Position numbers and translations under genes: made by a program
Source of the DNA: Azolla caroliniana
Lineage: Eukaryota; Plantae; Polypodiophyta
NCBI GenBank assembly: GCA_043228905.1
Contig: JBHGNT010000013.1
Coordinates: forward strand, 19,654,001 to 19,718,000
Direction: 5' to 3'
Length of the DNA: 64,000 nucleotides
Notes under the pieces: model-generated
Seen by the model: only the letters and a program-made list of their open reading frames with translations
Told to the model about the DNA's origin: nothing
Databases searched by the model: none
Shown here: one piece after another, positions 25,481 through 37,135 of the stretch
Position numbering within the stretch: the first letter of the stretch is position 1
Layout: each line of letters opens with the position of its first letter

Positions 25481-26198
25481 AATTAGGCTTAGTGTATGTC
25501 ACTTTCGAGTATACTATGTATTGTACACTACTAGACTCTTTTAGTTTAAGTTCTATTTTTTACTTAATTTTATTTTAGTTATGATGACTGCATAAATACT
25601 CTTTTGTTGTAAACCAATTGTCTCATGGGCCAAATTTGGCCTTAGAAGACGTTAATATATCTTTCTTTCTTTCTTTCTTTCTATTATAGAACCAGGTGTC
25701 ATGGCAAGACTCGAACCCATGACTTTATGCTACATGGGTCGAGCTCTTACCATTAGATTAGGAATTGTATTTTGTAGGATATTATCTTCATTTATACTTT
25801 ATCATAGAAAATTGATGTATATTCCAGATCTCTCTGGAACATTCTAGAAGCTTCAAGATTATTCCTAAAAACACTATAAAAGGAGGCACAAGGCATTGTT
25901 TTGAACCAAATTGGTTCAACGCCAGTCTTAAGCCTCCTAGCCGCTTGTACTTATCTTTTCACATAATATATAGCTGCTGTCATCATCTCTCTCATTCTCG
26001 CTATCTCTCTCTCTCTCTCCTCTTCTCACTTCCTCTCTCGGGAATCTTACGCAATCCCGTCCTCTTAGTACTAATAGTACTGCTGTTCTTAGTACTAATT
26101 CCATCTCTGTTTTAGTACTATTCCTGACAGTTTGAACCAATTTCCACCTCTAGCCTACTTGTCACTCTCCCTCATCCTCCTACCCTTTTCCCTATACT

Positions 26199-27356
26199 AT
26201 GGCTACTGTTAGCGCCCAAGAATACCAATCCGTTTTCTCCGAGCTACAGTGCCTAAAAGAAAAGTTTGTTGCCCTGGAACAAGAAAACCAACGGCTGATA
26301 GGGGATCTGCAACAAATCGCTCTAGAAAAACAACAAACGCAACAACAACATGGGGAGTTAGCGTTACGGGTACAACAACTCGAAGCAGCGTTGCAACAAC
26401 AAGGATCCAGTCCCCAAGGATTTCATAAAGAGCCCAAGATTGGACTTCCTGTGAAATTTGATGGAACGCGTTCGCAATTCCGGGGATTCCTTAATCAGGT
26501 ACGCTTAGTCATCCAAATGCATCCTTCCCGATATCCCACTGATGCATCTCGAGTCGGCCTAATAGGCACGCTACTTAGCGGCTCAACCTTGGCATGGTTT
26601 GCTCCGCTTCTAGAAAAACAATCACCCTTACTTAATAACTTTGAAGATTTTATTGGTGAGTTTAAAGCCTGCTTTGGAGACACCGACAGCATCAGGACGG
26701 CGATCAACAAGATCCGGCGATTGCGTCAAGGCGATCGTCCAGCCTCTGCCTACGCGGCGGATTTCCGCCTACTTGCTTCAGATATACCCTGGGATGATCA
26801 AGCACTAATGGAGCAGTTTCGCTATGGCTTGCGAAACGATGTCAAAGATCTACTTCTAACTTTCCCCGAAGAACCAAAGTCTCTTACGGAGGCAATCAGT
26901 CGAGCAGTTCGATGTGACAACCGCCTTTTTGAACGGCGTTCAGAACGTCAATTACAGATACCACGCTCTAGGCCAGAGCCCACTTACGCCGCAGTCGCGG
27001 CTAAACCGTTTGCACGAGACACACCTCAAGCAAATACTTCGACACCGATGGAGATCGATACCATGCGTCGACGCGGCCCGTTATCGGAAGAAGAAAAGCA
27101 ACGACGACGTGCCAATCGATTATGTCTTTATTGCGGTGGACCAGGACATATCGCCATCAATTGTCCCCATAGGCCAAGAAGACAGGTAAATCAAATCGTC
27201 GCCTGTACTAAACCCGAGTCAATTCTTCCCTTTGGAGTGTCTGATAGTATTAATAGTACTAATAGAGTGTCAGATAGTATTCATAGTACTAATAGCCCAA
27301 GTATCTCAAATAAATTTGAAATCCTTAGTCAATTAGATGAAGAGTTAAACGATTGA
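26199..27356 (+). CDS. Gag (sushi/Tcn1/PEG10-like) with CCHC knuckle
   Basis: Coiled-coil N-terminus, PVKFDGTR..FRGFLNQ, LRQG..SAYAADF, PMEID, CLYCGGPGHIAINC. Confidence 0.9.
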   Translation: MATVSAQEYQSVFSELQCLKEKFVALEQENQRLIGDLQQIALEKQQTQQQHGELALRVQQLEAALQQQGSSPQGFHKEPKIGLPVKFDGTRSQFRGFLNQVRLVIQMHPSRYPTDASRVGLIGTLLSGSTLAWFAPLLEKQSPLLNNFEDFIGEFKACFGDTDSIRTAINKIRRLRQGDRPASAYAADFRLLASDIPWDDQALMEQFRYGLRNDVKDLLLTFPEEPKSLTEAISRAVRCDNRLFERRSERQLQIPRSRPEPTYAAVAAKPFARDTPQANTSTPMEIDTMRRRGPLSEEEKQRRRANRLCLYCGGPGHIAINCPHRPRRQVNQIVACTKPESILPFGVSDSINSTNRVSDSIHSTNSPSISNKFEILSQLDEELND

Positions 27357-28796
27357 GTCCAGCCAAAATAGGAGCCATTTGGTTGGACAGCAGCCCTAGA
27401 TCTGTACAGCCCATTAGTGGTTCCATTCCTTCCAAGCAAGTTAGCAATGTGTTCCTAGCCCAAGTCATTGTTAGTACTAAAAGTACTCCCCCAGTACCCG
27501 TCCTAGCACTTTTAGATTCCGGAGCTAATTCCTGTTTCATGGATCGAAATTTTGCCCAAGCTTCTCAGATATCCTTAAGAAAACTTCCTTGTCCCGCATC
27601 TGTAGTGGTCATTGATGGTCGTCCCATTGCTTCCGGGAATATTGTAGAAGAATCAGAACCCATTCAAGTTGTCCTAGGTAGTTTTGTGTGTATAATATCA
27701 TTTAATATAATTAGTAGTCCAGAGCATCCCATTGTCCTAGGATTACCTTGGCTTGAATTACATAATCCAGCCATAGATTGGAGAACAAGAGAAGTCCGAT
27801 ATCGACCACCCCAAGAATCAACTCACCGAGTTTCGACCATTTCACTCCATCAACTACGCGAAGAAGGACCCAAGGAGGCAATGTTCCTATTTGCCATATC
27901 AGTACATCCTTCTAGCACTATTAAGAAGGACTCCTCAATACAACTTCCGGCAAAATATCATCCTTATGCCGATGTATTTGACAAGGTAAAAGCCGGTACC
28001 CTTCCTCATCACCGTCCCTATGACTGTCCCATCGATTTACAACCAGGAACCGAGCCACCATGGGGACCAATTTACAACTTGTCACCCACCGAGTTAGAAG
28101 TCCTTCGAGCCTACATAGAGGAGAACTTGGCAAGCGGGTTCATCCGTCATTCGAAATCTTCGGCCGGCGCACCCATCTTCTTTGTCAAGAAGAAAGATGG
28201 CTCACTTCGTCTTGTCGTTGATTACCGCGGATTGAATAAAGTCACCATCCGGAATAGGTATGCACTTCCTCTTATATCAAGTCTTTTAGAGCGAGTTAAT
28301 GGTGCCAAGTTTTTTACTAAAATCGACCTACGAGGAGCGTATAATCTCGTGCGGATCCGACCGGGAGATGAGTGGAAGACCGCTTTTCGCACGCGGTATG
28401 GGCATTTCGAGTATACTGTTATGCCGTTTGGCCTAACCAATGCACCCGCAGTCTTCCAACACATGGCAAATGATATATTCAGAGACCTCTTGGATATCTG
28501 TTTGATCATTTATCTGGATGATCTGTTGATTTATTCGAAGACCCAGGAAGAGCACGATTCTCATGTACTATTAGTACTAAAGCGACTCCGCGAGAATGGT
28601 CTTTATGCCAAGCTAGAGAAATGTAGCTTTGACTGCAAGCAAGTGGAATTTCTAGGCTACGTCATCTCCTCAAAGGGCATCGCCATGGATCCAGCTAAAA
28701 TCCAAACTGTACTAGAGTGGCAAATTCCACAGTCGGTACGAGATGTACAATGTTTTCTAGGCTTTGCTAACTTCTACCGTAAGTTTATACAGGATT
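27344..28796 (+). CDS. Pol (protease, RT; truncated by the gap) in the -1 frame relative to gag
   Basis: [54 protein letters not shown]. Confidence 0.88.
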
Positions 28797-28896
28797 NNNN
28801 NNNNNNNNNNNNNNNNNNNNNNNNNNNNNNNNNNNNNNNNNNNNNNNNNNNNNNNNNNNNNNNNNNNNNNNNNNNNNNNNNNNNNNNNNNNNNNNN
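28797..28896. other. Assembly gap (100 N)
   Basis: Run of 100 n. Confidence 1.
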
Positions 28897-30751
28897 AAAC
28901 CTAGAAATGGTAAATGTCGATCCTTTAGACATAGGCACCACACGTAGATCAAAGGATCAAGGTGCGGACACCACGAGCTTTGGCCATCATCTGTTCGAAC
29001 TTGGCAGTCGGCACCGGATGGTCATATATAATGGTTTAGCTAAGTGGCCGGGCTCGGAAGAGCTCACATGTTTCCCACATGGAGGAGGGGAAAGCACAGT
29101 TGATTATCTAATAGGACGCCCTGAAGCTACCCACATGATTAACTCCTTCCGAGTGGCCCCATGCCCTATTGGCGCAGACTATAGTTTCTTATACTTCGAG
29201 CTAAAATGTGATATCACTAATGTCACCAAGTCTGGTCAACCATGCCATCACACCACAATACATTTCACACATGAGCTCTCTGACATATACTCTCAACATG
29301 TTCAGGCCCATCTCCCCTCCCTTGATCCCTCCCTACCGTTAGAAAGCCTTAGTACGAAACTCACACACATCCTTCACTCCGCAGCAGCTAGCAATTTCCC
29401 ATATACAAAACACTCAAATCAAGGTAGATCAGGATCAATGCCACAAAATAAATGGTATGATGAGGATTGTAGGGACTTACATAGACAACTTACAGTATCG
29501 CAACTTAATGGTAGTATTACCTCCATACAAGCTCGCAAAGAAATGCGCAAGATGACACGTCGTAAGAGACGAGCGTGGGAGGCATCCCAATATTGGGAAC
29601 TCTACCATATGCTCATGAGTGGCGATTGCGCCACGGCATGGAAGAGACTACAGGAGCCAAGACCACAAACACCCATCGAAGATCCCGAAACTTGGCACAC
29701 ATATACAGAGAGACTTTACCAAATCCCAAACCAACCACCCATTCCAATGCCTTCCACACCCCGGCCTACCACGGGGACACTTTTCACGACCTCTAGGGTC
29801 GTGAAGGTCATAAAGAAATTACAACATAGGAAGTCCATGGACCACACTGGATTGCGAGCAGAACACATTATATATGCGAGAGAGTACCTAGCTCCCTTGC
29901 TAACTCTAATCTTCAATCGTGCCCTTGCGGAGGGTTTTCCACCACAATGGACTATGAATACAGTGGCCCCCATACATAAAGGGGGGGACCCCATGGACCC
30001 AAATACATATAGGACCATTATGATAGGCCATACCCTTGCTAAGTTATATGGTGCAGTAATGGAAGCAGAGCTTAGCGACTATATGGAGACCCTAAACCTT
30101 CGTGCACCTGAACAAGCTGGCTTTAGATGAGCCTTCTCCACTATTGATCATATCTTCACACTTAGATGCCTAATTGACCAAACTAAGGCTCTCAAGAAGA
30201 AATTATATTGTTGTTTTGTGGACTTCCGCAAAGCCTTTGACACAGTCCCTAGAGAGCGGTTGTTTGATAGACTTAAAAGCTTGAGGATACCAAATGATAT
30301 GGTATGGGCCATCTACGCACTATATGAACAAGTGTTCGGGTGTGTCCGATGCCCAGGTGACCTATCTAATAAACAAGGTTGCCCCCTATCACCGACACTT
30401 TTTGGGATCTACATTGATGAGATCATAGATTTTATTGCTCGTGAGGGAGGCACCGGAGTGGTCCTTGGGGATACGCAAGTTCGTATCTTCCTCTATGCGG
30501 ATGACATAGTTTTGCTCTCTGAATCCGAACACGACCTACAAAGGCACCTTAATACCTTAGATGACTTTTGTGTACAACGAGGATTGGTAGTGAATCTAGG
30601 GAAAACGAAAGTCCTTATCTTCCACACATCGGCCCAAGTTAGAGCTAAGTGTCACCTAACTATCTCCCATAGCCCAGTTGAGGTGGTTGGATCATACGTC
30701 TATCTCGGAGTCACTTTTAGTGCCCGCTCAGGTAAATTTTCGATGACACGG

Positions 30752-33700
30752 TGTCGTGATATTAAGCAAGTGCGTGTGGAATCGAGGCGGGACCGCGGGG
30801 GTCTCGAACCAAAGAGCAAGCGAGGGAGGAGAAAGAGAGAGAACCGGCTACGCAGGACCGGGGATACACAGGGACACGGCCCTTCAGCACGGAGAACGCG
30901 AACAGAGACCGACACAGACAGATGTGAATGACTTAATATGTATATTAAGAAAATGGCTAATCACGACTACAACCCTCGACGGGGCACAGGTTGGTTACAA
31001 CCGAACAGGCCGGCGAACAGATGCCGATGCCTGTTCACTTCGACGCACAAAGGGGCTGCCGGAAGCACTCGGGCGTTCCTCGAAACAGCGCGAGCCTCCT
31101 CGGAACCCTGCACAGAAAGCTATGGAGCTCAAGAAGGAAGGAAACAGAGAGAGAGAAGCGTCCAGAAACGGTCCGACAGCACTTCGTCCTCTCCGTCCCA
31201 GCCCCCCCTGCAACAGCTCTTTCCTGCTCTTATATATCCCGACGAGCAGGCCGTCCTGTCATCTTTATTCCCTGTCCCTTTCGAACAGGGATCCGCTCCG
31301 TTCTTCGCGCATCCGCGTAGTTACGCCGCCGACTCGTGCCGTCCCTTAGCTCGCGCGCGCGACCGAAAAGACTGTTCGCGCGGTCTTTGTCTCCACCTAT
31401 GTTAGGGCCCGTTCCTGCCGATTATCCCCCTAACTCGCTTCTTCGTACTACTTGGAGCTTGCGCGCGTGAAGAACCGGTTCCCACGCCTAGGTGCGCCGA
31501 TTCCGCCTATGGACGGTTTTCTTCACGACATCCGCCCCCACCTAACCGCGCATCCTCCGGTATGCGCCAAGAGAGTTGGGACTGAGAAAACCGGCCCGTC
31601 TTCATTCCTCGTTTTCGGATCGTTCGTCACTGCCGACCAGGAGAGCTGGGTCTGGCTCGTCGTCGTGTCGCTTCTTGAACGCTTTGATCCGCTTCCCTGC
31701 AACCGGTATCGTCATTCTCGTGCCGTCGAGTTCCGCCAGGTGGTATGTCCCGTTGTCATTGGCGCTCTGTACCATGTAAGGCCCGAACCACCTTCGTGCG
31801 AACTTCCGTGTAGCTCGGTGCTGGTTGTCGAGGCTGCTATCGTAGACGAGCACCCAGTCACCTTCTTCGATTTTCTTCGGTCGGAGCCGGTGCGTTCGGT
31901 CGAACCTGGCTTTGTTCTTTTTCCTCGCTACTCGGAGCTTCTCCGTAGCCAGTTCCACGTCCTCCGGCCTTCGCTCGAGCTGTCGTATGCGCGCGGCCAA
32001 CAACTCCTCCCGGCTCATCTCGTCCCTCCAGTCGACCGTTGCCCACGAGGAGATCGTCCGTTCCATCGGCATGATCGGCTTCTGGCCGAACATGAGCTCT
32101 GTCGGCATGTACCCGGTTACCGAACTGTGCGTGGTCCGGTCTGCCCACAAAGCATAAGGTAGGGAAGGTGTGTCCTATGCAGGCCGGATCCCGTAAGCTG
32201 GGGTCCGATGCAACCCCTTTGATTCGGGATTCGCTGCCCTCCGGTAGGGGCGCCGCAATTGGCCTCACCTTCCGGTCCACAGTCTTGTACTTGGTGCTAA
32301 CTCGGGCCGTCCGTTCCGACTCGAGCCCTCGACCGAAGTCCGCGATGACTTCGTACATTTCTTCTGAACATACCGGTATCGCCCGGTCCTCGATAAGGTC
32401 TTCTTCGACTACCCTCCCCAGCATTCCCAAGGTGTCGTCGAAGGAGACTGCCTCCACGGCTCCGTTGATTTCTTCGTCAGGGCCGAGAACTCCGCACGCC
32501 CGAAGTCTCCCCTCCGTCTTGGTTTTCTCTCGGCCGGTGATGCCGGCCAACGCACATGCTCCGCTGTCGGAGAAGCAAAATTTCCTACCTATTGTACACG
32601 GTTTTTTCGTACAGATGTGGGGTTTTCCCGGAGCATCCGGACTGCCGCGGCCCCACGCCTTGGCAGTCCTCTCTAAAAATCCTCTCGGTTTGCGGAACCG
32701 AGGGAGTCGCGGTTACGTTCGTGGTTCGGCCGTACCGTCAGAAACTGGACCGAATGGCGCCCGTCTTGGCTTTTGACCCTCGCGTAGGCCGAACCGTTGT
32801 CCAGCACCTTGGTCTCCATCCGCGCCGCCGTGATGTACGGTTCTCCCAGTATGACCGGATGCGAAGATGTCTCCTGCACGAAGAAGTGCTGGTCAATCTC
32901 GACGTCGCCGATCTTGACTCGCACATTCGGACAGGCCCCGTGCAGCTCCTCGGTGGCGCGCGTTGCCGCCCTTATTTTCCACCCGTGCTTGGTGTTGATC
33001 GGCCATTTGCCCTTCTTATAGAAGTCCATGGACATCAAGTTGATCTCCGATCCGTGGTCAACCAAAGCTATCACCGGTTCCTGGACATCGCCGATCTTCA
33101 CCGGGGTTTCCGTGGTCGCTCGGGCCCAGTGTGGTCTCGAATAGTGGCTTTCCGCCCACTCGTCTCCCAGCGCCATGTCGTCTAGGTGCGTCGTCCGCAC
33201 TTCCACTGGTCTTTCCGGTTCTGTCTCCGTTGACAGCCTCTTCCGTTTCACCAAGTCCACGATGGAGTCGTGGAACTCCTTCTTGGCGATTCCCAGCACC
33301 TCTCGTAACGACAGCTCCACCTTACTGTCGAGGATCCGTTCTTCCAGGACCTTTCGTAAGTCCGTGGTCCTTTCTATCTCCGTCCCCAGACGGTACCCGC
33401 CCTTCTGGGGTTTATCTTTCGTACCGGCCCCGCCGGCTTCGTCCCGTCGTGGCCCGGACCGGGTCTCGTATCGTTGTGAGGGCCCGGTCGTCCCGGGTCT
33501 CCCCACCCGCTTCTCTTCTACCAGAGCCTCGTAATTCTGGCAAGCGGCTTCCACGAAGCCCGTCCTTTCCTCGACCGGGTCGCTCCACCCGGTTATCTCC
33601 CGTACTCGTTTCTCCGCGCGGTCCGATTCCTCCCCTTCAAGCCTTGCACCGGCAAGGCCTTCCAGCATCGTCGGCCAGAATCCGGCTTTGCTTTCCCTTC

Positions 33701-35622
33701 GGGCCTCGCCGCCCCCGACTCGAATGCCGGCCGACGCCGAGTAGTGGACGATTTCCGCGTGTCGGGCCGCCGCCTCTTCCATCAGCCTTTTCATACCACC
33801 CTTTCCGTCGTTTCGGCTCAGGGCCCTTCGGGTGTCGCTGGCATGCACCCGTCCTTCCCACAGGTACACCACCCTGTTCCTCAGCGCCTCCGCGAAGTCG
33901 CCGCAGTCCTTCCGAATGTGGCCGACTTCATCGCACCACATGCACCTGTTTCCTGCCGCCGGCCGTCGGTCACGAGCCAGTTCGCCTCCTTCCCTTCGGG
34001 CCTGCGCGATTTGGAGGTCCTTTATCGCCTTCGTCAATTCCTCCAGCGCCGCTCCTCCGGTTGAGCCTCTGACTACGCCGGTCGAAGCCGAACTGGTTTC
34101 CAACCACTCCCGGTTCTCTTCCTTGCGCACCTGTGGCGCTGGTTCGAGCTTCCTTGCTGCGACCGAGCCCGACCCGGTCGCCCCGTTATCCGCCCATTCT
34201 CGCCGTTTGTCGAAACGGCCACAGACCTTCCTGACAGCCGCCCAGTCGGTAGTGAGCCCGTCTTCGGTTTCCAGCAAGAGGCCCACTTGCTCCCGATCCC
34301 GCTCGTCGACCGACTTGACAAACAGCAAGACCCGGCTCGTGTCCAGGATGGTTCGGTCGAGCGCCGAAAGGCGCGCAAAGTTTTCCTCGAACTCCCGGAG
34401 GAGCGCCGACGCGTTTCTTCCCTTCCCTGGGGACTCCACCCATTCCATGAACCTTCGCTTCGAAAGCCGGAGCGCGTCGTCCAGCCCGTATTTCTCTAGG
34501 AGCCGACCTTCGAACTCCTCCCAGGTACGGCTCTCCGTCCGCACCTCGAGCACCTCCGCATGGATGCTCGGCATCGCCACTCGGGGAAATCCGGCAAGAC
34601 GCCTTTCTTCCGGAATGTCCCGCATCAGCATCTCTGCACCGTAGGACGCCAAATACTTCGTGGCATCCTTCCCATCGAACCGGCCGATCGTGCCGACGAC
34701 CGCCTCAATAGCTCTGTCGAGGGCACCGGTGCTCTCGCGCGCGTTTACAATCCGATCCACGGCCGAAGCCATGGCCTCTGCGAGATCCGACCCCCTCATC
34801 TTCTGCTCTTCTGCCGCCTCTTTCACGTCGGGTTCACCAAAGATGTCGTGATATTAAGCAAGTGCGTGTGGAATCGAGGCGGGACCGCGGGGGTCTCGAA
34901 CCAAAGAGCAAGCGAGGGAGGAGAAAGAGAGAGAACCGGCTACGCAGGACCGGGGATACACAGGGACACGGCCCTTCAGCACGGAGAACGCGAACAGAGA
35001 CCGACACAGACAGATGTGAATGACTTAATATGTATATTAAGAAAATGGCTAATCACGACTACAACCCTCGACGGGGCACAGGTTGGTTACAACCGAACAG
35101 GCCGGCGAACAGATGCCGATGCCTGTTCACTTCGACGCACAAAGGGGCTGCCGGAAGCACTCGGGCGTTCCTCGAAACAGCGCGAGCCTCCTCGGAACCC
35201 TGCACAGAAAGCTATGGAGCTCAAGAAGGAAGGAAACAGAGAGAGAGAAGCGTCCAGAAACGGTCCGACAGCACTTCGTCCTCTCCGTCCCAGCCCCCCC
35301 TGCAACAGCTCTTTCCTGCTCTTATATATCCCGACGAGCAGGCCGTCCTGTCATCTTTATTCCCTGTCCCTTTCGAACAGGGATCCGCTCCGTTCTTCGC
35401 GCATCCGCGTAGTTACGCCGCCGACTCGTGCCGTCCCTTAGCTCGCGCGCGCGACCGAAAAGACTGTTCGCGCGGTCTTTGTCTCCACCTATGTTAGGGC
35501 CCGTTCCTGCCGATTATCCCCCTAACTCGCTTCTTCGTACTACTTGGAGCTTGCGCGCGTGAAGAACCGGTTCCCACGCCTAGGTGCGCCGATTCCGCCT
35601 ATGGACGGTTTTCTTCACGACA
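30752..35622 (-). mobile_element. Internally deleted GC-rich Ty3/gypsy (copy 2, same family as 14098-21394)
   Basis: 779-bp LTRs 30752-31530 and 34844-35622 with no differences seen; TSD ACGG; Trp PBS and PPT kept; ~2.4-kb deletion at ~32163 removes RT, RNase H and the integrase core. Confidence 0.95.
32673..34799 (-). CDS. Gag-protease ORF of copy 2, ending at slippery site G GAT TTT TAG
   Basis: Nearly identical to the N-terminal ~700 aa of the copy 1 ORF, but stops after the protease (REDF*). Confidence 0.88.
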   Translation of the reverse strand: MRGSDLAEAMASAVDRIVNARESTGALDRAIEAVVGTIGRFDGKDATKYLASYGAEMLMRDIPEERRLAGFPRVAMPSIHAEVLEVRTESRTWEEFEGRLLEKYGLDDALRLSKRRFMEWVESPGKGRNASALLREFEENFARLSALDRTILDTSRVLLFVKSVDERDREQVGLLLETEDGLTTDWAAVRKVCGRFDKRREWADNGATGSGSVAARKLEPAPQVRKEENREWLETSSASTGVVRGSTGGAALEELTKAIKDLQIAQARREGGELARDRRPAAGNRCMWCDEVGHIRKDCGDFAEALRNRVVYLWEGRVHASDTRRALSRNDGKGGMKRLMEEAAARHAEIVHYSASAGIRVGGGEARRESKAGFWPTMLEGLAGARLEGEESDRAEKRVREITGWSDPVEERTGFVEAACQNYEALVEEKRVGRPGTTGPSQRYETRSGPRRDEAGGAGTKDKPQKGGYRLGTEIERTTDLRKVLEERILDSKVELSLREVLGIAKKEFHDSIVDLVKRKRLSTETEPERPVEVRTTHLDDMALGDEWAESHYSRPHWARATTETPVKIGDVQEPVIALVDHGSEINLMSMDFYKKGKWPINTKHGWKIRAATRATEELHGACPNVRVKIGDVEIDQHFFVQETSSHPVILGEPYITAARMETKVLDNGSAYARVKSQDGRHSVQFLTVRPNHERNRDSLGSANREDF

Positions 35623-37135
35623 ACGGGCAACAAAGGATAGACTCACGAGAGGACATGCATCCCTCTCACTCCTAGAGAGACAATGCCACCAAGCACACTT
35701 TCAAGAGCCACGGACTAAAGGGTGGCTCTTTGACTCATTAGTGACCCCCTCCCTCATGTATGCATCAGTGGTTTGGGCTCCGGGACCATCTTTCATGTGG
35801 ACGCAATTAGAGAGACCATTGGTGATGATGCTATCACGCCAACTCCGAAGCAAATCGACTGTACCACATGACATTATTAGGGTTGAGTTCACGTTACCCC
35901 CAATGTTAGTAGAGGCACTTTTTCATCTTGTAGTCTTCATTCACAGGATACATAGCCAACCACATGATAGAATATCTCATCAAGCCTTTAAGGCCTCTCA
36001 ATCATTGTATGAGTCCGGCTATACTAGCTCATGGTATGGCATGATGGTGAGTTGGCTTCTTGCGAATGGTCTAGACATTAATAACCTACCTCCCCTTAGG
36101 TACAACCACACGAGTGATAACACTTTAATCTCTCATAAGGACCGCAATAAAGTAATACGCCAAGAAATATTGCAAATTTACACTCGGTGTAAATGGATCA
36201 CCCCACTAGAGCCACTCCCATCTAAAATGCCGTACTATAAGAAACACTTCATGCACTTCTCTGAGTTAGGTTTTATCACACGGCCAAAATATCTACATGT
36301 ATTCTTACCACATGCACTAAGGGTTGCCATTGGACAACTTAGAATATCATCTCACCAACTTGAGATTGAGAATGGCCGTACTAGTGGAGTCCCTAGGGAG
36401 GAAAGGATATGTAGGTTATGTCACATAGAGATAGAGGATGAGTACCACTTTACATGCAAGTGTCCAACCTATGCCGAGATAAGGGCAAAATACCAAGACA
36501 TACTTGGTTCGTCTCCCACCCTCCCCAAACTATTAGATACTCTAGATATAAAGAAATTAGGCAAATACATTCTAGAGCTAAAACAACACAGAGAGAATAA
36601 GTTACAAAATGTTGACAATAATGTTGCTAATGATCACGAACATGTAACAAATGAAGTTTTTCAGGAACAGGGGGAGACAACGAATGTCGACACACTTGCA
36701 CCACTCGGCCTTTCCATTGATGAGGCAGAAAACCAGAGAAGAACCAGACGTCCTCGGGTGCTGGGTTTCAAAGCAACTCGACGTGATGTGGAAGCAATAT
36801 TGAAAATAAGGGAACGTGAGCTACACCGCCTAGAAGCCATGGCTAGGGCACTCTCTACATTGGAACCATGGGACACACCCACATCAAGACCCTTTGACCC
36901 CCCACTTCTTTTCGAGAGGCTTGGGTGGAAATAAAATTAGGCTTAGTGTATGTCACTTTCGAGTATACTATGTATTGTACACTACTAGACTCTTTTAGTT
37001 TAAGTTCTATTTTTTACTTAATTTTATTTTAGTTATGATGACTGGATAAATACTCTTTTGTTGTAAACCAATTGTCTCATGGGCCAAATTTGGCCTTAGA
37101 AGACGTTAATATATCTTTCTTTCTTTCTTTCTTTC

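Larger units (their letters stand above)
13215..25681 (+). mobile_element. LINE (APE-RT-CCHC, RTEX/L1-like), copy A, inserted in the protease region of the outer element
   Basis: (CT)n and GTC-rich 5' region, coiled-coil ORF1, ORF2 and (TTTC)n tail ending ~25681; host frame DVILGYPWFYN (37136 onward) joins MNSSLSIDW (13215). Clade is tentative. Confidence 0.85.
25697..28796 (+). mobile_element. Tcn1/sushi-like Ty3/gypsy element, 3' half lost in the gap
   Basis: 5' LTR 25697-26129 (TGTCA...TGACA), TATA at 25875, non-tRNA PBS, intact gag, then PR and RT up to the Ns. Confidence 0.88.
28897..37135 (+). mobile_element. LINE copy B (duplicate of 22319-25681), interrupted by gypsy copy 2
   Basis: No differences seen from copy A for ~1.45 kb (offset 6578), then ~1% diverged; same (TTTC)n tail and same 3' flank tattatagaaccagg. 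Confidence 0.9.

Noticed and set aside
27353-30130. 925-aa ORF fusing gypsy PR-RT to LINE endonuclease/RT
   Set aside because: The frame only continues through the 100-N gap; this is an assembly chimera, not a hybrid element.
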